Shown here one piece after another: positions 8,004 to 18,664 of a stretch of 64,000 nt of DNA. The DNA lies in contig CP066685.1 of the NCBI GenBank assembly GCA_016432345.1, positions 112,236 through 176,235 on the forward strand. Reading direction: 5' to 3'. A model generated the notes under the pieces. The model was not told where the DNA came from and made no database searches. It saw only the letters and a program-made list of their open reading frames with translations. Position 1 is the stretch's first letter. Every line of letters starts with the position of its first letter. The position numbers and the translations under genes are program-made. The DNA is from Candidatus Levyibacteriota bacterium. GTDB taxonomy: Bacteria > Patescibacteriota > Microgenomatia > Levybacterales > UBA12049.

Positions 8004-9387
8004 GATTTTTTAGTTCTTTAATTATTTTAGCACAAGATTGAGAAGCCAACCCGATATGTGTTTTGACATCAAGTAATTTTTTGACAGTATCTGTGGATAG
8101 AAAATTCATAATTCTTTTATCACGAATTATAAATTGAGTCAATGGGTTGGTGTCGTTTTCCTGTATCTCTTTCCAAGCTTTCATGGAAAGTTCTCGAATA
8201 ACCTCGTGCATGTCTTGACGATTGGCGCCTTTTTTTACAGACTCCATCATAATCGCTTCTGTTGCGGCAAATGGGCCATACGTTTCGAGATTTTTTTCAA
8301 TTCGTTTGTCGTTAATAACAAGTCCATCTATTATTTTTGTTGCGCTTTCAAGAATAGAATCAACTGCCAAAAACATCTCGGGAATATAAATGCGCCTGTT
8401 GGCCGAATCATCCAATGTTCTCTCAAGCAACATATGGGAAGCATTGTCTCGGCTTATATCTGCTAAATGAAACACTAATCTAGAAAGCGAACAAATTTGC
8501 TCGGACTTTATGGGATTTTTCTTAAATGGCATAGCCGATGATCCTACTTGTTTTGTGCCAAATGGCTCTTGCCATTCACCGATTCCCGGGGACTGCATAA
8601 GTCGTACATCGAAGGCGAATTTGTAGAGCGATTGAGCAATGGAAGAAAGGGCAGAGGCCACAAAAAATTCCAGTTTTCGCGGAGCTGTTTGAGAAGCAAT
8701 TTCTACGGCATCAATTCCAAGTTGTTTCATAACCTCATTTTCCATCTTTTGTACTCCAGTACTATGTAGTAATGAACTATAGCTGGCGCTTGTGCCGACA
8801 GCTCCCTTTAGTCCTTTGCCTTTTAATTCAGTTTTGGCAAATTCGAGAAGTTTTTTGTCGAGTAGCAGGTCTTGTGCATAAAAGGCAAAGCGGTAGCCAA
8901 GAGTTGTCGGCTCGGCAGGCTGCAAATGGGTATAGGCCATACACACAGTATCTTTATGGTCGTTAATTTTTTTGGCAAAGATTAAGATGAGTTTTTTTAG
9001 CTTTTTTTCAATAATTTGTAGAGATTCTTTTATGCGGATGGCATCGGCATTGTCTTCGATATCCATCGCGGTTGCGCCGAGATGGATTTTTCCTCCGCCG
9101 ATTTTGGCTTGAGAGGCAAAAACTTTTATTTCTGCCATTAAGTCGTGGTGAATTTCTGCTTCGATTTTGTGGGAGGCATCGATATCAATATCATTTTGGT
9201 GGGCAATAAGATCATCAAGTTCTTCTTTTGAAACCAATTCTTCTTTCGATTGCGCGCGCGCGAGAGCGACCCAAATTTGCCTCCAGATTTTTCGTTTGTT
9301 TGTTTCGGACCAGATGTGCCTCAAATCTTCCGAACCGTAGCGCCAGGTAAAAGGGGATAAATATGTAGAATAATCAAAACCAGGCAT
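7996..9387 (-). CDS. purB: Adenylosuccinate lyase (PurB)
   Basis: MPGFDYSTYLSPFTWRYGSEDLRHIWSE...; lyase signature ...GSSAMPFKKNP... ATG at 9387. Confidence 0.9.
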   Translation of the reverse strand: MPGFDYSTYLSPFTWRYGSEDLRHIWSETNKRKIWRQIWVALARAQSKEELVSKEELDDLIAHQNDIDIDASHKIEAEIHHDLMAEIKVFASQAKIGGGKIHLGATAMDIEDNADAIRIKESLQIIEKKLKKLILIFAKKINDHKDTVCMAYTHLQPAEPTTLGYRFAFYAQDLLLDKKLLEFAKTELKGKGLKGAVGTSASYSSLLHSTGVQKMENEVMKQLGIDAVEIASQTAPRKLEFFVASALSSIAQSLYKFAFDVRLMQSPGIGEWQEPFGTKQVGSSAMPFKKNPIKSEQICSLSRLVFHLADISRDNASHMLLERTLDDSANRRIYIPEMFLAVDSILESATKIIDGLVINDKRIEKNLETYGPFAATEAIMMESVKKGANRQDMHEVIRELSMKAWKEIQENDTNPLTQFIIRDKRIMNFLSTDTVKKLLDVKTHIGLASQSCAKIIKELKNHE

Positions 9388-9394
9388 ATATGTA

Positions 9395-10147
9395 TTATAG
9401 GATAAATTTGTTGATAATGTCAACTATGCCGTCGTTTTCCACAGTCGGGGCGACATAGTCGGCTATTTCTTTTAGTTCTGGCACCGCATTTCCCATGGCA
9501 ATTTTTAGTCCACAACTCATCAGTAGTGGGAAATCATTATACCCATCTCCTACACCAATCATATCATGGGTTTTAAACCCTAGCAATTTGGCAACTTCAA
9601 AAACACCATGCTGTTTGGTAGCTTTGGCATGGGTAATAGTAATGCAAAAAAAACCTTTATTCCAGGAGGGCACTTTGTGAGCAGCGATGTTTGGCAGATG
9701 CGAAATTTTTGCAATAAGACTATCTGCTTGAGGGTTTGTAAAATCATGGCCAATATAGATTTGAAAAACCCGCTTTGGAATAGATTGAAACGGCGGGTAG
9801 ATATTGGCGTTGTCGTTAGTAAACCAAAAAGAAATACCCTCTTTTGTTAAAATTTCGGAAAGTATTGCAATATCTTCCTGATCCATTGGCTGTTCCCATA
9901 CAAAATCACGTGTTGTGCTATTAATAATCTGTGATCCTCCGTTAATAGTAGAGTATCCGTTTAGAGATAAATGATCAAGAATGTTTTTGACATAAATATA
10001 TGGTCGAGAAGTGGCCAGGCAAATATGGACATGTTTTTTTGCCTTTGTTATAGCTTTTGTTACTGCAATAGAAGGTAATCCTCCTTTTTGATTAAGAATA
10101 AGCGTGCCGTCAAGATCAAGCATAAGCGCTTTATATTTTCTTTTCAT
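9395..10147 (-). CDS. HAD-superfamily (Cof-type) phosphatase
   Basis: LMLDLDGTL near the N-terminus and GVGDGYNDFPLL near the C-terminus. Confidence 0.75.
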   Translation of the reverse strand: MKRKYKALMLDLDGTLILNQKGGLPSIAVTKAITKAKKHVHICLATSRPYIYVKNILDHLSLNGYSTINGGSQIINSTTRDFVWEQPMDQEDIAILSEILTKEGISFWFTNDNANIYPPFQSIPKRVFQIYIGHDFTNPQADSLIAKISHLPNIAAHKVPSWNKGFFCITITHAKATKQHGVFEVAKLLGFKTHDMIGVGDGYNDFPLLMSCGLKIAMGNAVPELKEIADYVAPTVENDGIVDIINKFIL

Positions 10148-10155
10148 TCTGTGGG

Positions 10156-11857
<1,702 letters not shown>

Positions 11858-11868
11858 GATAGTATCGT

Positions 11869-12291
11869 TTAATATGTCAATTCTGTTTGGAGTTCTTTTT
11901 GGTTGAAAATAATAGTTTTGAAGAAACGAAAAAAACCGTAGGTTCCAAGAATAGGAATCCTATGATCAAAACTAAAGTCAACAGTAGTCTCAAAACTATA
12001 TGTGCCAATAAACATTTTTACTTTGTGTTGATAGGCAGTTATTCCTACATTTCCAATCCCCATGTGTGTTGTCGGTAATCCTTTGTTTATCTTTATCTGT
12101 AACTTTTCTCCAATATGAGCAGGAAGTAAGTTAAAATCTGCGCCTGAATCAAGAAGACATTCAATCGTGTGGGGATAAAGCCTGTGGTGCGAGCTCAAAC
12201 GGATTGGAATAATTGATTTATATATCTCATGAAACTTATCATTGTTGTCAATATAGGGACGGGGAAGATATTCAAAATTTAGGGTTGGCAT
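11869..12291 (-). CDS. Retropepsin-like aspartic protease
   Basis: 140 aa; ...ECLLDSGADFNLLP... (D-S-G-A active-site motif) and ...IPILGTYGFF... (the usual ILG-x-D/F second element). Confidence 0.65.
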   Translation of the reverse strand: MPTLNFEYLPRPYIDNNDKFHEIYKSIIPIRLSSHHRLYPHTIECLLDSGADFNLLPAHIGEKLQIKINKGLPTTHMGIGNVGITAYQHKVKMFIGTYSFETTVDFSFDHRIPILGTYGFFRFFKTIIFNQKELQTELTY

Positions 12292-12497
12292 AATGGAGAT
12301 AAAGATTTCCCAATAGGAGGGATATACGAAATAATAGCATTTGTTATTTCTAATTTATCAAGTTTTTTTTCAAGCTCCTTTATTGTTATACCAAATGCAA
12401 GTACAGATGATTTATCCCCTTTAAAGGCTACATATTGATCTTCATATTTTATTAATTTTTTTGCATCTATTTTTTTCACAATTATATTATAACACAT
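12279..12497 (-). CDS. Small protein partnered with the protease (DUF5678-like by eye)
   Basis: 72 aa; ...KYEDQYVAFKGDKSSVLAFGITIKELEKKL... Overlaps the protease gene by 13 nt. Confidence 0.45.
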   Translation of the reverse strand: MCYNIIVKKIDAKKLIKYEDQYVAFKGDKSSVLAFGITIKELEKKLDKLEITNAIISYIPPIGKSLSPLCQP

Positions 12498-12524
12498 TTT
12501 ATATTCGACTAGAAAAGTATAGAG

Positions 12525-12533
12525 TGGTACAAT
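12525..12533 (+). promoter_or_regulatory. Extended -10 (TGgTACAAT) 11 nt upstream of the coaBC ATG
   Basis: gagTGGTACAATagctgtcctatATG read directly. Confidence 0.4.
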
Positions 12534-12544
12534 AGCTGTCCTAT

Positions 12545-13723
12545 ATGAATCGGAAAACTGTAGTTGTGGGAATCACTAGCGGCATTGCCGCGTATAAGAT
12601 GTTGGATCTTATAACACTGTTAAAAAAAGATGCAAATGTCATTGTTGTGATGACAAAAAGTGCCGCAAAAATGATTTCCCCAAAAGATTTTGAAAAAGTA
12701 TCTGGGAATAAAGTGTATATAGATTTGTTTGAAAAAGATTTTGATTACAAAAAAGTTCTCAAATCACGTGAGGTCGATCACATTCGTATTGCCGATATGG
12801 CAGATTTAGTGGTTGTTGCCCCAGCCACGGCAAATGTAATTGCCAAGATAGCACACGGATTGGCAGATGATTTCTTAACTACCATGCTGCTTGCAACTCA
12901 AGCGCCGATTATGGTATTTCCCTCCATGAATGTGCATATGTGGGGGAATCCGATTGTCCAGGAAAATATCGCCAAGATTAAGTCACGAGGATTTATTATT
13001 ACTGATCCAGATAGTGGAGATTTAGCCTGCGGGTATCATGGTAAAGGGCGATTGCCAGAACCTACAGAAATCTATAGAGAAGTTTCAAAAATCTTACAAA
13101 AAACCACAAGGCTTGCGGGCAAAAAAATTATTGTTACTGCAGGCGGGACGACAGAGCCAATAGATGGTGTCCGCTATATTACTAATCATGCTTCTGGCAA
13201 AATGGGCGTTGCGATTGCCGAAAGCTGTTTTTTGCAAGGAGCAAAAGTTTTACTTGTTAGATCAAAAACATCGGTTTTAACACGCTACGATATTCCACAA
13301 ATAACATTTGAAACAGCAGGCGAATTAGAAAAAATTCTGCAAAAAGAAGTTAAAAACTATGGCACGTTGTTTCAAACAGCCGCGGTGTCTGATTTCAAAA
13401 TAGATAATAGTGCTGTTGGTAAAATCTCAAGTAACAAAGAAGTCATATTGAAATTAACTCCAAGGAAAAAAATAATAGACCAGGTTAAAATATGGAATCC
13501 AGACATTACACTTGTTGGATTTAAAGCAATGTGGGGACAAGAAAAATTGCGAGAAAGTAGCGCAGATGCAGTGGTGGTAAACGATGTTAGTAAGCCTGAT
13601 CGGGGTTTTGGGGTAGATACGAATGAAGTTACGATCATTAAAAAAGGGCTTGAGAAAAAACATATTTCTTTACGTTCAAAGCAAGAAGTAGCAGAAGAAA
13701 TTGTGTCATATCTTCTTTTTTAG
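12545..13723 (+). CDS. coaBC: Bifunctional phosphopantothenoylcysteine decarboxylase / phosphopantothenate-cysteine ligase (CoaBC)
   Basis: 392 aa; flavoprotein N-terminal domain (VVGITSGIAAYK...PATANVIAK) and DFP C-terminal domain (ITNHASGKMG). Confidence 0.9.
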   Translation: MNRKTVVVGITSGIAAYKMLDLITLLKKDANVIVVMTKSAAKMISPKDFEKVSGNKVYIDLFEKDFDYKKVLKSREVDHIRIADMADLVVVAPATANVIAKIAHGLADDFLTTMLLATQAPIMVFPSMNVHMWGNPIVQENIAKIKSRGFIITDPDSGDLACGYHGKGRLPEPTEIYREVSKILQKTTRLAGKKIIVTAGGTTEPIDGVRYITNHASGKMGVAIAESCFLQGAKVLLVRSKTSVLTRYDIPQITFETAGELEKILQKEVKNYGTLFQTAAVSDFKIDNSAVGKISSNKEVILKLTPRKKIIDQVKIWNPDITLVGFKAMWGQEKLRESSADAVVVNDVSKPDRGFGVDTNEVTIIKKGLEKKHISLRSKQEVAEEIVSYLLF

Positions 13724-13726
13724 TGT

Positions 13727-14566
13727 ATGAAAAAAACTGTTCGAGCTTTTGCTCCGGCAAATATTAGTTGTATTTTTAAGCCCCACCCCAAAAGATCGCC
13801 TAGGTGGTCTGGGTCGTTGGGTTTAGGTTTTACGTTATCTGATGGAGTTACTGTTTATGTTTCAAACGCCCAAAAAACAGAAGTATTTTTTAACAAAAAA
13901 CAAATAGACATGCCAACTGTTATGTCTGTTTTGAAGAGGCTTACTAAAAAATCAGTGTTAGTATCTATAGATACAACATTTCTTTTGGGATCTGGGTTTG
14001 GTATAAGCGGTGCCTCGGCACTAGCCACAGCCTATGCCGTAAATAGCTTGTTGAATCTAAAAAAAACCAATAAAATGTTGGCAGTTATTGCTCATACGGC
14101 AGAGGTTGAAAATAAAACAGGACTGGGGGATGTGACAAATCAATTCTTTGGGGGATTTTTATTAAAGATAAAACCAAGTTCGTATTTTGATGTCGTAAAA
14201 ATTAAAACAAAGGAAAAATACGTCTACTGCCGGGTATTTAGTCCGATTTCAACAAAAGAGGTTTTAAGTAATACCGCGCTTCTTACAAAAATCGAAAATG
14301 TAGCAGCAGAAGCTTTGCAAGCAATAGAGAATGTTTTACAGAAAAAAAACGACATAATATTGCAGGATATTTTTGCTATTTCAAAAACATTTGTTGTTGA
14401 AAGTGGACTGCTCAAAAATGCTGAAGTAAAAAAAACAATCGGAGAAATCGAAAAAAATGGGGGCAATGCCAGCATGATTATTTTGGGAAATGCTGTTATG
14501 AGTACCATTCCCTTTTTTGGCGCAACGCAATACGAAATTTCGGACAAACGGGCACAACTATTATGA
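13727..14566 (+). CDS. Pantoate kinase, archaeal type (GHMP-kinase fold)
   Basis: 279 aa; VRAFAPANISCIF..., GSGFGISGASALATAYA (GHMP motif), AHTAEVENKTGLGDV. Matches my memory of Thermococcus pantoate kinase (TK2141). Confidence 0.75.
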   Translation: MKKTVRAFAPANISCIFKPHPKRSPRWSGSLGLGFTLSDGVTVYVSNAQKTEVFFNKKQIDMPTVMSVLKRLTKKSVLVSIDTTFLLGSGFGISGASALATAYAVNSLLNLKKTNKMLAVIAHTAEVENKTGLGDVTNQFFGGFLLKIKPSSYFDVVKIKTKEKYVYCRVFSPISTKEVLSNTALLTKIENVAAEALQAIENVLQKKNDIILQDIFAISKTFVVESGLLKNAEVKKTIGEIEKNGGNASMIILGNAVMSTIPFFGATQYEISDKRAQLL

Positions 14567-15306
14567 AAATTCCAAAAACACACCCACGATATATTTCTCT
14601 TACTACCAGACATGTGTTAGAACATGGAGTAAAAACTGGCATAACGTCGTTGAATGGTCTAATTGCTCATGGTCGGGGTGAGGCGTTTGATTATTTGTTA
14701 GGTGAAAAAACCCATACGTTTGCAAAAGAGGCAATAGCAGAGGCTGCAAATGTTTTGCTTGCTGCAAAACACCCGGTTATTTCGGTTAATGGTAATACAG
14801 CAGCGCTAGTTGCAAAAGAGTTTATAATTTTATCAAAACTTCTTAGATGTCCACTTGAGGTTAATATTTTCCACACGTCAAAAAAACGAGAGCAAAAAAT
14901 TAAAAAACATTTATTAAACAAAGGGGCAAAAGATGTTTTTTTAGCAGAAAAAAAATATGTGATAGATGGTTTGCTGTCAAATAGAAGATATGTTAATGGG
15001 AAAGGTATTTATTTGGCAGATGTGGTATTTGTACCACTCGAAGATGGCGATAGGGCAGAAGCGCTTATCAAAAATGGCAAAAAAGTTATTACCATTGATT
15101 TAAATCCTTTATCGCGAACAGCAAAAACTGCCACAATTACTATTATTGATAATATTGTTCGCGCATTACCTTTGCTTGTTGGTGAGATAATAAAACAAAA
15201 AAAATCAAAAAAATTAGCATTGCAAAAGTATGATAATAAGCAAATACTAAAGCAGGCAGTTGCATTTTTAAGAAAGGGTAAATATGGATCAGGTGGCCCA
15301 AGTTAG
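14563..15306 (+). CDS. 4-phosphopantoate--beta-alanine ligase (phosphopantothenate synthetase), archaeal type
   Basis: MKIPKTHPRYISL...GLIAHGRGEAFDYLLGEKT...VISVNGNTAALV...VVFVPLEDGDRAEAL...VITIDLNPLSRTAK...TIIDNIVRA. Near-colinear with the Thermococcus enzyme (TK1686) as I remember it. Confidence 0.85.
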   Translation: MKIPKTHPRYISLTTRHVLEHGVKTGITSLNGLIAHGRGEAFDYLLGEKTHTFAKEAIAEAANVLLAAKHPVISVNGNTAALVAKEFIILSKLLRCPLEVNIFHTSKKREQKIKKHLLNKGAKDVFLAEKKYVIDGLLSNRRYVNGKGIYLADVVFVPLEDGDRAEALIKNGKKVITIDLNPLSRTAKTATITIIDNIVRALPLLVGEIIKQKKSKKLALQKYDNKQILKQAVAFLRKGKYGSGGPS

Positions 15307-17053
15307 AGAAAAAACAGATTTAGTCTCGTTTATTTCAGAGTACGTGCCGCTTAAAAAAACCGGGCGTAATTTTAAAGCGCCGTGCCCTTTCCATACCGAA
15401 AAAACGCCCTCGTTTGTTGTTTCACCAGAACGGCAGATTTGGCACTGTTTTGGGTGCCAAAAAGGCGGGGATTGTTTTACATTTCTCATGGAGTATGAAA
15501 ATTTGGAATTTCCCGAGGCTTTGCGAATTTTGGCCAAAAAAGTCGGGGTAGAATTAAGCCAAACTCCTTTTCAAAGCGGCGTTTCTTCTAAAAAAGAAAA
15601 AATTTACATTTTAAATCGGCAAGCAATGGAGTTTTATCATTACGTTTTAACAAAACATGCTGCAGGCAAAAAAGCTTTAGAGTATCTATCTAAAGATAGA
15701 CATATTAATCCAAAGGTTTTGGAGACTTTTATGGTGGGGTTTGCTCCGGCTAATGGCAATGCTCTAGCATCTTATCTGTTAACAAAGAAGAAACATGTCA
15801 AAGAAGATTTAATTGAGGCTGGTTTGTCGTTTAATAAAACAGGCAGAATTGTCGATTTTTTTGTAAATAGAATTATTTTTCCACTTTTAGATCATCGGGG
15901 GAATGTGGAGGGTTTTTCCGGACGAGTCATGGATCCCAAATTACAACCAAAATATGTTAATACGCGTGAAACTCTGGTGTATCACAAAGGCAAGGTATTT
16001 TTTGGTCTAAATATGGCAAAAGATGAAATTAAAAAAGAAGAAAGAGCCATTATTATGGAGGGGGAATTCGATGTTATGTCTTCTTTTCAAGAAGGCGTTG
16101 GCAATGCAGTTGCGGTAAAAGGTACCGCCTTAACAGAAGCTCAAGTTAATCTTATTGCCCGTTTTTGTCCAAAAGTAAGTTTGTGTTTTGATACAGACAG
16201 CGCTGGTCAGGAAGCTATAGTTAGAAGTCTTCTGGCAATTGAAAAAAAAGGGCTTTTGTGTTCGGTTGTTGTTTGTCCAAATGCCAAAGACCCAGATGAA
16301 GCAGTGCAGAAAGATTCTTTTGCATTTAAACAGGCAGTAAAACATAGTATACCAGTTTATGATTTTTTGTTAGAAAAAGTGTTATCTGAGGTAAGTGTTA
16401 AATCTGCCGAGGGAAAAAAGAGGGCAAGTGATGACTTATTGCCGATTTTTAATAATATAGAAAATGAGGTTGTTAAAGAGCATTATTTAAAAAAACTAGC
16501 ACAAGAAATAGATACAACATATGAAAGTGTTGTTAAACAAACGCAGCATTTTGCAAAACAGGCAAAAGAAGACGTGTTTATAAAAAGAGCAAAGGATGCA
16601 AGGTCTAGAAAAGAAATTATTGAAGAATATTTGCTTTCTCTTTTGCTGCAGTACAAAATTCCACAACAAATAGTTGAAAAAATACAAAAAGACAATATTC
16701 TTTTTTCTTTTTCTGTGCCATCATACCAAAAAATAGCAGAACATTTCTTTTCTTACACAAAAGCCCATTCAACAATTGATATGCAAGTGTTTCTTAAAGG
16801 GTTACCCTCGGAGTTATTTGATTCATTTGATCGTTGTTATTTATTGCCTCTCCCTTTATTTATAGACGATAAAGCGCATTTAGAGGAAATTCTAAAGATT
16901 GAAAAAGAGCTTTATTTAGTTTCGCTACGCGAGAATTTAAAAAAAATAAGTGATCAGCTTAAAAAAAATGAAAAAGAAGAAACAGAAGAATTTTTAGCCC
17001 TCCAGCAAGAGTTTTCTCGTCTAACATCTCTTCTTTCTGACGCACAAAAATAG
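15284..17053 (+). CDS. dnaG: DNA primase (DnaG)
   Basis: Zinc ribbon CPFHTEKTPSFVVSPERQIWHCFGCQKGGD; Toprim IIMEGEFDVMS...CFDTDSAGQEA. Confidence 0.92.
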   Translation: MDQVAQVREKTDLVSFISEYVPLKKTGRNFKAPCPFHTEKTPSFVVSPERQIWHCFGCQKGGDCFTFLMEYENLEFPEALRILAKKVGVELSQTPFQSGVSSKKEKIYILNRQAMEFYHYVLTKHAAGKKALEYLSKDRHINPKVLETFMVGFAPANGNALASYLLTKKKHVKEDLIEAGLSFNKTGRIVDFFVNRIIFPLLDHRGNVEGFSGRVMDPKLQPKYVNTRETLVYHKGKVFFGLNMAKDEIKKEERAIIMEGEFDVMSSFQEGVGNAVAVKGTALTEAQVNLIARFCPKVSLCFDTDSAGQEAIVRSLLAIEKKGLLCSVVVCPNAKDPDEAVQKDSFAFKQAVKHSIPVYDFLLEKVLSEVSVKSAEGKKRASDDLLPIFNNIENEVVKEHYLKKLAQEIDTTYESVVKQTQHFAKQAKEDVFIKRAKDARSRKEIIEEYLLSLLLQYKIPQQIVEKIQKDNILFSFSVPSYQKIAEHFFSYTKAHSTIDMQVFLKGLPSELFDSFDRCYLLPLPLFIDDKAHLEEILKIEKELYLVSLRENLKKISDQLKKNEKEETEEFLALQQEFSRLTSLLSDAQK

Positions 17054-17061
17054 ACAATTTG

Positions 17062-17070
17062 TGCTACAAT
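17062..17070 (+). promoter_or_regulatory. Extended -10 (TGcTACAAT) 7 nt upstream of the rpoD ATG
   Basis: gTGCTACAATaaggcttATG; the spacing puts the expected TSS on or next to the A of the ATG. Confidence 0.45.
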
Positions 17071-17077
17071 AAGGCTT

Positions 17078-18157
17078 ATGAAAAAGTCATCGGTAATGTT
17101 GTTTGAAATTGTTACATCTGCGAAAAAACGTGGGTATATTACCCAGGATGAGGTATTAAATCTTTTTCCCAAACCAGAGGAGCACATTGTTGAGCTTGAT
17201 CAACTTTATAACAAACTCATGCGTTTTAACGTTGATGTTTTTGAAAGTGTGGTTCAAGAGACTACAGATGCGCAGCCAATCGAAGCACTGGAAAAAGAGC
17301 TTGAGGCCTTGACTGTTTTGACCGAAGGATCAGTTTCCGATCCTGTTAGGATGTACTTAAAAGAGATAGGTCGAATTCCTCTTTTAACATTTGATCAGGA
17401 GATTATGCTGGCCAAACGGGTGGAAAAAAACGATCGAGAAGCCAAAAAAATCCTTATTAATTCTAATCTTAGATTAGTTGTTTCGATTGCCAAAAAGTAT
17501 GTTGGACGCGGTTTAACACTTCTAGATTTAATTCAGGAAGGAAACCAAGGGCTTATTCGGGCTGTTGAGAAGTACGATTGGAGGCGCGGATTTAAGTTTT
17601 CTACCTATGCAACGTGGTGGATTAGGCAATCTATCACTCGCGCGATTGCAGATCAGGCTCGCACAATTCGTATCCCAGTCCATATGGTTGAAAACATTAA
17701 TAGATTTTTGCGGACCTCAAGAAAACTGATGCAAGAGCTTGGTCGAGAACCAGCGCCAGAGGAAGTGGCAAAGGTTTTAGGAATTGATCCAGAGAAAGCG
17801 CTGGAGATTATTAAAATTTCGCAGGAACCAGCTAGTCTTGAATCACCAGTTGGAGATGAGGAAGACAGTAGATTAGGTGATTTTATTCACGACATCAATG
17901 CGCCAACACTTTTTGATGCCGCATCCCGTGAGCTTCTAAAAGAACAAGTGGATCAAGTATTGGCCACACTTTCGGATAGAGAGCGTCGGGTTTTGGAAGA
18001 GCGGTTTGGGTTAAAAGATGGTAAGTCAAAAACACTTGAAGAGGTAGGACGCATGTTTGCGGTAACTCGCGAGCGTATTCGACAGATTGAGGCAAAAGCC
18101 CTTCGAAAACTCCGCCACCCCTCTCGCGGCAACAAGCTCAAAGATTACCTTGGATAA
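17078..18157 (+). CDS. rpoD: RNA polymerase sigma-70 (primary sigma, short form)
   Basis: Region 2 ...[53 protein letters not shown]...; region 4 ...[30 protein letters not shown]. Confidence 0.95.
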   Translation: MKKSSVMLFEIVTSAKKRGYITQDEVLNLFPKPEEHIVELDQLYNKLMRFNVDVFESVVQETTDAQPIEALEKELEALTVLTEGSVSDPVRMYLKEIGRIPLLTFDQEIMLAKRVEKNDREAKKILINSNLRLVVSIAKKYVGRGLTLLDLIQEGNQGLIRAVEKYDWRRGFKFSTYATWWIRQSITRAIADQARTIRIPVHMVENINRFLRTSRKLMQELGREPAPEEVAKVLGIDPEKALEIIKISQEPASLESPVGDEEDSRLGDFIHDINAPTLFDAASRELLKEQVDQVLATLSDRERRVLEERFGLKDGKSKTLEEVGRMFAVTRERIRQIEAKALRKLRHPSRGNKLKDYLG

Positions 18158-18193
18158 GAATGTTATTTTACACACTAAATTTAGTAAGAAATG

Positions 18194-18202
18194 TGATATA
18201 AT
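18194..18202 (+). promoter_or_regulatory. Extended -10 (TGaTATAAT) 6 nt upstream of a GTG start
   Basis: atgTGATATAATatctctGTG read directly. Confidence 0.35.
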
Positions 18203-18208
18203 ATCTCT

Positions 18209-18664
18209 GTGCATAAAACCTTTTATGCAAGTGGATTTCTTTACCGCCCCAAGTCTGCGCAAATTCTCTTGCAGCAAGTAGTCAATAAGTTATCTGGTAG
18301 TTCCTCGTGGTCGATAGTCTGCGGGATAAACAAAAAAGAAGAACGTGCGCATAGCGCCTTTCAAAGGATAATATACGAGGTTTTAAAAATTAAACTTAAG
18401 AGTGATTTAATATATCCTGTTTACGATTATTTTCATAATGGGGATAATATGCTTCACTACGTATTTTATGCCGAGGTAGATGAGAAACAAACTTTTAAGA
18501 CTTCTAAAGACTCTAATTTTTCATGGTTTGCTTTTAAACAAATACCAAAATTAGTCTGTAATACTCAAACAAAGCAAGATATTGTGGTCGCCGACCGCGT
18601 AATTAAATTGAAAATAAGAGAAACGCAGGCAAAAAATGTTTACCCAAAAGAAATTAATCAATAA
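18209..18664 (+). CDS. Nudix-like protein with a degenerate Nudix box
   Basis: 151 aa; G-x5-E-x7-R-IIYEV resembles GX5EX7REUXEEXGU but lacks the EE pair. GTG start. Confidence 0.35.
   Translation: MHKTFYASGFLYRPKSAQILLQQVVNKLSGSSSWSIVCGINKKEERAHSAFQRIIYEVLKIKLKSDLIYPVYDYFHNGDNMLHYVFYAEVDEKQTFKTSKDSNFSWFAFKQIPKLVCNTQTKQDIVVADRVIKLKIRETQAKNVYPKEINQ

Noticed and set aside
14224-14613. 129-aa minus-strand ORF across the pantoate kinase / phosphopantothenate synthetase junction
   Set aside because: It is antisense to two genes with strong family matches, so it is a shadow ORF.
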